A stretch of 64,000 nucleotides of DNA from Sphaeroforma arctica JP610 (Eukaryota): positions 1-64,000 of the forward strand of contig NW_014040387.1 of the NCBI RefSeq assembly GCF_001186125.1, read 5' to 3'. Both the position numbers and the translations under genes were made by a program. The notes beneath the pieces are model-generated. The model saw only the letters and a program-made list of their open reading frames with translations, did no database searches and had not been told where the DNA came from. Shown here piece by piece: positions 42,881 through 56,776 of this stretch (its first letter is position 1; each line of letters opens with the position of its first letter).

Positions 42881-43530
42881 CACAGATTGACTTGCTATAA
42901 CAAGCAGGCATGGTCAGAGAGATCGTAGAACACACCAACTAATATGCAGCACCCCTCACTCCTGCAGATGGACACACGAATAAAATATAAAACCCAAACG
43001 CAAGCCACAAACCAATACAGATTGACTTGCTATAACAAGCAGGCATGGTCAGAGAGATCGTAGAACACGCCAACTAATATGCAGCACTCTTCACTCCTGC
43101 AGATGGACACACGAATGAAATATAAAACCCGAACGCAAGCCACAAACAATATAGATTAACTTGCTATAACAAGCACGCATGGTCAGTGAGATCGTAGAAC
43201 ACGCCAACTAATATGCAGCNNNNNNNNNNNNNNNNNNNNATAAAACCCGAACGCAAGCCACAAACAATATAGATTAACTTGCTATAACAAGCACGCATGG
43301 TCAGTGAGATCGTAGAACACGCCAACTAATATGCAGCACCCCTCACTCCTGCAGATGGACAAACGAATAAAATACAAAACCCAAACGCAAGCCACAAACA
43401 ATACAGATTGACTTGCTATAACAAGCACGCATGGTCAGAGAGATCGTAGAACACGCCAACTAATATGCAGCACTCCTCACTCCTGCAGATGGACACACGA
43501 ATGAAATATAAAACCCAAACGCAAGTCGCA
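42881..43530. repeat. 135-bp tandem repeat, at least 4-5 copies, spanning an N gap
   Basis: acagattgacttgctataacaagca.gcatggtcagagagatcgtagaacac.ccaactaatatgcagcac...ctcctgcagatggacacacgaat; period 135 (42885 vs 43020). Confidence 0.92.
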
Positions 43531-44714
43531 ACCTGGTATACAGCATATCGATTGAACACGCACCATGCATGTCCAGAAAGACCAAAGAGCATACGATATG
43601 ATATGTAAATTTGTAGCACTCCCCACGCCTGCAGACTGGTACTGGGATGAAAAATTCAAACCCAAACCTCAACCCTGATTTACAGCCGATTGAACCGGCT
43701 CACCCACACCGTCACGACGGTACACTTAGACACCACAATTGTTGCACCATGCTGTCACGTCCAAACATACCCACAGAGAGCGCACAAGACCGTGGCTTGA
43801 CCCACAGCATGCATGCACATGTACCACTTGCACACAAGGCGTGGGACGTTTGCACACTCAAAGCCCATACGTTCCGTCGAGTTGTACTATGCAGCACACC
43901 TCACACCAGTAGCCGCACACTCCTGCGCATACCTACCTGTAGTTTGACACTTCGGATCATGCGCTCGTACGCCTTCCTGGATGTCTTGGCGTTCGATGCG
44001 ATTTGGTACAGAACTTCCAATGCATCGATAGTCTGTAGCAGATTGGCTCTGGCGACAACATCGTCCTTGTTGCTGAGCGCGCATGTGATGTGTGCAATTA
44101 GCAGGTAGGTCTCATCGACGGGCACCTGATCTTTCCACATGCTCAAAAACTCTGTTTGGCATGGATGAAGAATATTTTATGCCAGAATGTGTTTGAAAGG
44201 ATCTGCCACTACTTGAAAACCAATATCAAATAGTAAGTTTCAAAGCATTCGCGATCTTTCCAGTGCTCATTCGGCATGGATGAGGATTTTTTTTATGCCA
44301 GAGTGTGTATGAAAGGATCCGCCACCACGGGAAAAGCAATATCAGATAGGAAGACCAATGCATTCGGATCTGTGCACTGTTTGATAGTTTGTGCGACAAG
44401 TTTAGTGTAATCAAGCCGATTCGCCTGAATTGAACGTAAACTTTCTGCACTGAGCCATCGAGGAGGATATTCCAAGGTTAGCCTTTTCTTGTGTGGTGTG
44501 GGTTTTTGGAACGGTGTTGATAGTTATCAGAATGAATGGTAGGTAGCGAATAATTCTTAGGCTATCGTCCTAATGCTTCCTTTATGAGACAAGAGTGACT
44601 ACTATTTGGCCGTGGGGATGTATAGACGGCGCAAACATCCAATGGAAAGTATAGTCTAAACCGACATACAACTTAACAGCTTTGAGTTCCGCTGTGCTTT
44701 CGAAAAGAACCCAC

Positions 44715-44803
44715 TGACACATGAATGATAGGCTAATTGACACATGAATGTTAGACTAATTGACACATGAATTTTAGACTAATTGACACATGAATGTTAG
44801 ACT
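44715..44803. repeat. 23-bp tandem repeat x4
   Basis: tgacacatgaatgttagactaat at 44715, 44738, 44761 and 44784. Confidence 0.9.
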
Positions 44804-44807
44804 ATAC

Positions 44808-46140
44808 CTGGCGGGGTTCACTCGACCTCGCGTTTTCTGCGCAGTAAACATGAAGCGCCTCTATACATTCCCGTAGTGCACCGGAAGACCACAAAGCGTC
44901 TAATACACTCAGAGTTAGAAGTATATAACTACTATCATACGCTAACATTCCAAGGCTTCTATAGTAGAAGCCCAATAAGCCACTCCGCATACATACCTTT
45001 CACAAAGCGTCTAATACACTCAGGGTTGGAAGTATATAACTACAATCATATGCTAATATTCCAGGGCTTCTATAGTAGAAGCCCAGTAAACCACTCCGCA
45101 TACATACCTTTCACAAAGCGTCTAATACACTCAGGGTTGGAAGTATATAACTACAATCATATGCTAATATTCCAGGGCTTCTATAGTAGAAGCCCAGTAA
45201 ACCACTCCGCATACATACCTTTCACAAAGCGTCTAATACACTCAGAGTTGGAAGTATATAACTACAATCATATGCTAACATTCCAGGGCACCTATAGTAG
45301 AAGCTCAATAAACCACTCCGCATACATACCTTTCACACCCTTCCACTGCTTGCCCACCACTAGCCTCTCAAAGTGCCAGGACAGAATGGTCCTGACCTCC
45401 GTGTTCAGGACCTTGGACTCGCTTTTGAACTTCCGGGTCAGATTGTCGCAGCTCTTTTTGAACTTGGCCGCATCCTCGGCACTCTCGACATATGGTAAAG
45501 CTTTGGCTGTTGTCGGTGGCGTAGGCGATCGCGTCGCACCAGTGTTGCGGTTCGTCGTGGTCGGTGGTACATTCTCCAACACAGGCACGTCTGTAGATCC
45601 ACTATTCTGTGTATCTGTTTCGTCGCTAGCACTAGAGTTCTGGCTTTTCTCCGGCTGTGTAGAGCCACAGGTGTTGGTGTTAGATGTGCTGCCTATGTCT
45701 GCGTTTGTTTTAGTGTCGATACTTGTCTTGGGCTGGCTGTCCGTCTTTGCAATGGCTGTGCTAATCGTATCTATATTTGGTGAGTTCTCCACCGGTGCCT
45801 TGCTCTCCTCTATCGTGTCTTTACGGCCCGTATTAACATTGGGTATAATACTCTCAGCTGTGGCTGGTAATTCATCTTCGACTCCTCTGGACATACTAAC
45901 CGCAGGTACTGCTGCTAAAGGAACCACAATAGCAGATCCAATCATCGGCACCACAGAATCGCTCTTCTCAGTAGGTGCACTGATTTCCGCAGGTACAACA
46001 GTCTCTGCTTCCGTACCAACGCTGTTTTTTACGGTTAGTTCACTGGGTTGACTGGAACTAGGACCATCGCGCACACTTTCTTCAATCCGCGGGCTCGAAT
46101 GTGCGATACTCGCTGTGAGATTAGCAAAAGGAGCGGACAT
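44808..46140 (-). CDS. First two exons of an unknown gene or decaying pseudogene (S/T-rich disordered N terminus, then a helical segment); downstream exons at ~43.9-44.5 kb look disrupted
   Basis: Exon 46140-45330 (MSAPF...GKQWKGVK, donor gtatgt) splices in phase to 44899-44808 (DALWSSGALRECIEALHVYCAENARSSEPRQ, donor gtatag). A further coding-like fragment lies at 44146-43901, with stops and frameshifts in between. Confidence 0.55.
44890..45337. repeat. 111-bp tandem repeat x4; each unit is one complete 97-nt GT-AG intron plus 14 nt of exon (minus strand)
   Basis: cacaaagcgtctaatacactc...gcatacataccttt starts at 44890, 45001, 45112 and 45223. On the minus strand each unit reads ag|gtatgtatg...gtattag|acgctttgtgaaag. 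Confidence 0.9.
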
Positions 46141-46548
46141 TCTCCAGTTTGTGACTTCCACATCAAAGTGAAGGTGACAGTCAACTGATACACTTATAAA
46201 TAAACAGAAGTGTGGACCTGTCTCCTAAGTACATAACTACGTAAGACTGTGGAGTGCGGAACATAAGTAAATATGTTGCAACTTGGACCTCCCTAAAGTA
46301 TTTATATTTACCTCTCTGTAGCTAGAGCATTAAAAAACGCTCTAAACCAAACAGCCCGCCAGAGAGTCTCCTGAATCAAACAACCACTGCTCTATTTACC
46401 CTGTTTTTACATACTGGTAACTGGTAACTGGTCGTTGTGAAACTTGGCGCGTGTATTCTGGTAAAAACCCTTTATCTTTTATTTCAAATAATATAATTTT
46501 ACTTAAGAGTCCTTTTTTATAATTGCGGTTGTGCAACGGTTATGAACT

Positions 46549-46637
46549 CCGCAATATCTTCGGATGCGCAGGTTCGAGTCCTGCACCTGTCATAAAATTT
46601 GCAGGTTGGCCGAGTGGTCTAAGGCGTTGTGTTTAGG
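46549..46637 (+). tRNA. trnL(UAG): Circularly permuted tRNA-Leu(UAG): 3' half 46549-46592, 7-nt spacer, 5' half 46600-46637
   Basis: Rejoined 82-nt tRNA: TGCAGGT TG GCCGAGTGGTCTAAGGC G TTGTG TT TAG G | C CGCAA T ATC TTCG GAT GC GCAGG TTCGAGT CCTGC ACCTGTC A. The acceptor stem pairs at 6 of 7 positions (one G-U). It has a Leu-type D loop, anticodon stem TTGTG/CGCAA, a long variable arm, a perfect T arm and discriminator A73. Confidence 0.88.
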
Positions 46638-46645
46638 AAGTAACC

Positions 46646-46653
46646 TTTTTTTT
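46646..46653 (+). terminator. RNA polymerase III terminator (T8)
   Basis: Eight consecutive T residues, 8 nt after the tRNA 5' half and immediately after the taacc trailer. Confidence 0.75.
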
Positions 46654-47347
46654 ATTGATACAGTATTATATTTAGCTGCTTATTTCGGCTGTTCTAAGAA
46701 AATGCGAAACCTATTGCAGTATTTGTCGGTACTGGAGTTTATTCTCGCACTTCTGAACATATTTTACATACATACATCTGCGCAGGTTGCGGTTGTATTA
46801 TCTTCGACTCGCGCAAGTTGGTATTGTGATCCGAGGCATCATGATTGCGGCACCTTCAAGCAGTGACATACTCACCTATTTGGAGTCTCACTTCGTGTGA
46901 ACATATCAACAATCCACCGATAAATGTAATCGTGACACCTATATAGAATGACCATATAGTTTATTCATTGAATGCACGAAAGTGTTCCCGACACCCGTAT
47001 ACAAGGCGTGACTGAAATATATCCACAATCCCGTACAACCTCTAACCTGGAGAGTATATATGGCAGATTGGCAGACTTAGCAGCACTGCAGCTGGTAGCA
47101 TATATACTGCATCACAAATTCTCATCAGTCATCATACTCGAATGCAAAGGTATGTCATTGATTTTTCCGACCAATAATATTTGGCTAAAAAATCGGTATG
47201 TACTCTGAAAAGTGTACACGAGTTCGTAATATTTTGAAAAGTTTTGGGTTTTAACCTTGTGCATGTAGCGATTTGTTGTATTATGAATATGTGTATTGTA
47301 TTGAGAAGCGCATCTGGCTTCAGAACTTCATTCCCTATAGTGTAGAT

Positions 47348-52253
<4,906 letters not shown>

Positions 52254-52949
52254 AGCGCATGTGTCATAAGTTTTTACTGAAGTTCTACAATAAGAGATTC
52301 ACCTCTTATCCCTGCGCCTTTGTTGTCGACATTTGGAAACTTTGTCCGAATATCTTCTTCAAGATGGAGGCTGTACATAACTTTTAAAGTGCCTTGTGGC
52401 TAGTTTTTTATTCAAGAAGAATGTGTAGATGCTCTCGGGGCCAGAATGCCTTGCCGATATTGCAACCTGTAGTTGCCGGCGTCAAATTATGTGTGGATTA
52501 CTGTTTGCACCGAACGCTACAGTAGGAAAGTGGGTGGCTATTTTTCCAGCAACATAAATACGCAGAATTAAAATAAGTTGGCCTGTCTGAAGCTGAGAAC
52601 ATCAGACCGGTCAAGGTGCTCCGGAGATCGAAAACCGGACGAGATCGGCAAAGTTCGACCATGAAGAGCGGAGAGATGAGATACTGAAGTTAAAATACGA
52701 ACATTTTCTCAATACTTGCATGGTCTTGCATGGTCTGATATTTCACAAATGGTGTTTGTTTATGTTTTTGTAAGCCTACTTTTTGTAGCTTTCCACTGGC
52801 AGTCTGGTTGGCAATGACAGGTTGCGGAATATGTGATAGCGTATCCCCTGCGCCTTGTTCTTGAGTTGCATCTTGTATCTCGAACGTCCGCCTTAATAGG
52901 CAACACAGATTACCCTCTGTCGGTTTGTTCTGTCATTATACTCTTCGCC

Positions 52950-55900
52950 TGGGGTGGGTTCTGATCTTCAACGCTTATTCAATATGAAATGGTACTTGAA
53001 CCCAGCCTCCAAAACTACTATGCGGCAAGCAACATTAAGAACACTTGACTGTTGGTGGTGAATTCTTCGAGCTCGCTAGCCTTCTTGACTAAGCCAATTA
53101 GTTCATCACTGACCGAGTTAGGATTTTCGGGGGCTATAGTCCCATCAAGGTTACGGACAAAATACCCGTTGCCCTCCTTGCTTGCTATCTTGTATGATCC
53201 TCCGTATGGTGCTGTCATTTTATTCATCTCGCCTGACCATTGTGTATGTGCTAATTGAGGTTGAATGTGTCTTGGTGTACTCTTGATAACCTGTCAGCAA
53301 CTTCATTGTCTTTGCCTGGCACGTGTATGATGGTGAAGTGATGATGAATTTTTTTTGCTATTCAGTTTGCGAGCATGGGATGCAGTGTTTGTTGCTTGTT
53401 CATCTGACATAACGCTTTGTGATCTGTCCACAATGCTATATCACCTCTTTTGATTTATTCTGAAAAGTGATCTAGGCTGTATACCAGCGCTAGTAGCTCT
53501 TTTGTGTTTGTCCCATATCTCTGTTGTGCAGGGTTTAGGCCATTTGAGTAATAGAGTATATCTCCTCTGACTCCATCTACGATTTGGAACAGATACGTCA
53601 CTTGCGCCATTTATGATCTGAAACGGTACTCCAACTACTGGGTACGCCAATGTTGCTGAGCATGCAATGGCATCTCTGAGTTCTTCCTATTTCTTAATGA
53701 GCTCAGGTGTCCAAAGATTGGCTACATTCTGACTCATTTTTCCTTCCATGAGATTGCGGAAGTGTTTCGTTATGTATGCAAACTGAGGTATGTGGTCTCG
53801 CATGTAGTTTGCGCGTCCGACTGCTCGATGTAGGTCATGTTTGGTTCTTGGCAGTGGTCAGTCAATCATGCGTTTTGTTTTTCAGGGTCTGTTTTGAGCC
53901 CTTTTGTTGTAACTTTGATGCCTAGTATATTGACTGTCTTGACTGCAAACGCACACTTGTTGTGATTCAGCCTGAAGTTGGCAGCGTCAAGTCTACTGAT
54001 GACTTCACGTAGTGGTTGTCTATGTTCTTCTTCTGTCATACTGGCAATGACTATGTCGTCCACATATACTTGTACTCCAATAATGTCAATGAGGAGGTTG
54101 GCCATCACTCGTTAAAGGTGTGCTGTTAGCGAGTGTAGTCCAAATGGAGCTGACTTGAACGAGTATTGTGCCCCTTTCCATGAAAAAGTAAAGAAGTGTT
54201 GGCTATTTTCGTGTGCACGAAGGTGGTAGAAGAATCCTGTCAAGTCCAATTCGGAAAAGAATTTTGCACCTTTTAGGTTGTGGAGTGCTTCCTTTATTTT
54301 CGGTAATACGAATTTGTCTTGTTCATGTTGATATTTGACTTCTCTTGAGTCTAAACATGTGCGTACTTGCTTTAACAGATCCGTCTGTTCAAAGTCCCCT
54401 GTGGATAGTAAAGGTAGATTTACTTGTGTGGGTGTTGTTCGTGTATATGTGGCTGAGCTTGGCCCATTTTCGAACATCGTCATCTGTTTGTGGTATGTAC
54501 TTGGGTGGAACAAAGTTCACTTTAGCGTGACGAATGTTCTTGGCTTTGACCTCCTGACTTGGTATCTCCACTACTGATCCTGATAGATTGCTGTGGACAT
54601 ATGGTGGGATCTGACCGTTCTGGTCTGACAAGTCGGAGAGTGATTCTCTGAATCCTTCTTGTTCATGCTCAGGGCCTTCTTCTGTGGTGTGAGAAGTGAT
54701 TCTCATCTGGCATCTGTTGGTATGAGTGGATTGATTATCCCCGCTAGATATATGCCTAAGTATGGTGGAATGTCCATACCTAATGCAATTGGTGATCTCT
54801 TGTCTGGGAGGTCGAGTACCTCAAAGCAGTTTGAAGTTTTTCTACCGCCGTAATTTTTATCATATACTTCTGTGGAACCTATGCGTTGTACTCGTGCATC
54901 TGATTGTGCTAGCTGTATGTACCCAGGTTGTGCTTTTACGGACAAGTATAGTTCAGTTACTACAGTGCGATCCATACATGAGCGTTGTGCTTCTGAATCT
55001 ACTAGTGCGTTGTATGTGATGCTATTGATTTGTATGTCTATGTGCAATCATTGGTCTCGTGGGTTAAGAAGTAAAGAAATGGGTGTGTAAGCAATATCAT
55101 TTGCATTTACTAACAACGTTTATTCATCAGTGTGTGTATTCACAATATATACTATGTTTATCATGTTAGCTTCCGACCACCAAGCTTTTCATAGTTCCTC
55201 ATCCATCTCCTGCACCTTGTTGCCATTTGTAATAGCCAACTGGTCGATATGGTTGGGTTGAGGTTGCTGCGCTGCTCGAACTGCTGCTTTCAGATGGTTG
55301 CTTTCGTCTTTCTTGGGGCACAAACTGAATGTATGTGGGGAAGGGTCCATACCTCAGTGTGGGCAAGGTCTTGGTCCTCGTGGTGTTGGGGCGTGAGTAC
55401 CCTGTCTATAGGACCGTCTCTACCTTGTCTTCCTTGTTGTCCACCACCTTTAAGCTGGTCCTCCCCTCTGGGTGGACCCCCTGAAGGTATGTCCACTCGT
55501 GGACGAGTGACTCTCTGGTCGGGGACGGGTGCGGTTCTCGCTCGCTTGTTGTCACGTTTGCGATTAGCCTGTGTTATAGTTGCTTGTCTGCTCATGTCTT
55601 CAGTGAGTTCATGGAATACTTTTCTTATATGTCAGACAAGTGTCCACTGCTACCATCAGGCTTTGTTTGAGCCTTGATCAGTCTATCTGTTTCAGCTTGC
55701 AGTCCGTACATGACTAGTGCTTGGGAACGGGATGCTTTGAGGAATTGCCTATTAATGGACTCTCTCTCAGTGCCCTTGTATCGCTTCTCTAACTCAAACA
55801 TTGTGCGGCGCAATCGTGCTCCTCGTACTTCAACATTCATGCGAGTGTCATAGAAGTCGTTGAGCCACTTCTCTAGTAGATAGTATACTAGGGTGCGACG

Positions 55901-56776
55901 CAGGTTGTCAATGATCAATATATTGTCTTCCACATCAGTGAAGTCTTTCCAAAGCTGTTTAGAACTACGTATATTTTTGAGTGCAGTGTGCGATACCTCC
56001 GTTGCGTCTGTCTGTCTGAGCAATTCTTGTACGAGTGATAGGTACTGTACTACTGACATGTTTGTGCTCGCGAACAAGTCTTTTGCTACAGATACAAACT
56101 CAATTTTATCACGACTGTCAGCCATGCTGACGTACTTGTGTGTTGGCCACTTGGGGTTCTCACTCATCTTGAGTAGCTTGTTCATCTTTGGTTCTGAGAT
56201 TTCATCCCCTACATGAGATCTAATTAGAGTTAGCTCGCTCATAAAGCCACTGATTGCAATACACTCATCGTAATCACTTTTATCACCGTCCTTCATAGCT
56301 TTATTGTGTAGCTCTGACAACCACTGATCTAGTACTGGTATCAATCTGTTGGGTTGTTGGGTGTAAACTGCCTTGCGGAGTTTGTGGAGTGCTCGTATAT
56401 CAATGGGGTCGTCCGCCTTTTGTGCATACAACTTGTCCACTAGTATATCTACAATGTAGTCATTGCCGTCATAGGTGGTTTTGTTAATGGCTATGTTATA
56501 CTTACTCATTGCTGGCTCTAATGGAGCTCTTGCTGGTGTGGGCTCATCGTCCATGTGCATCGCTCCTTCTCCATTGTGTGGAGTAGAGGTGCGTAAGGAG
56601 ACCTGGGAGACTAGCATTGTGTCAGTTTGTACTGGTCTTGTTCTGGCAGTACGACATATGCTCCCACGTGTGTGCCCACGAGTTGAGCTCACTTGTGTGC
56701 GTAGACTCCTTCTTGCTGCTCGTGTTCTTTGGTAGGGCGCAGACGTCTTTGACTGATATGCTTGTCCAGTGTACAT
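52950..56776 (-). mobile_element. Decayed Ty3/gypsy LTR retrotransposon (gag, protease, RT, RNase H, integrase C-terminal remnant); no LTR pair identified
   Basis: Gag-like ORF 56776-55625; broken zinc knuckle CPH*GMDPSPHTFSLC at 55365-55318; protease ALVDSEAQRSCM (55047-54703); RT AKFFSELDL..., APFGL, YVDDIVI, KCAF (54330-53866); RNase H TDHKAL and HVPGKDNEVADRLSR; GPY/F-like APYGGSYKI (53227-53018). There are many stops and frameshifts. Confidence 0.92.

Noticed and set aside
44876..46051. 391-aa plus-strand ORF with 37-aa repeats and a hydrophobic tail
   Set aside because: It is antisense to the S/T-rich minus-strand exon, and the splice signals support the minus strand. The frame stays open because the repeat unit is a multiple of 3.
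46564..46866. 100-aa ORF over the tRNA, or two independent tRNA pseudogene fragments
   Set aside because: The ORF has no coding features. The two halves are mutually complementary, break exactly at 37/38 and have paired flanks, which fits one permuted gene better.
52306..52858. Repeated tatccc(c)tgcgcctt at ~52307 and ~52842 as a PPT or LTR boundary
   Set aside because: Only 14-15 bp, with no TG...CA LTR or matching 5' LTR visible.
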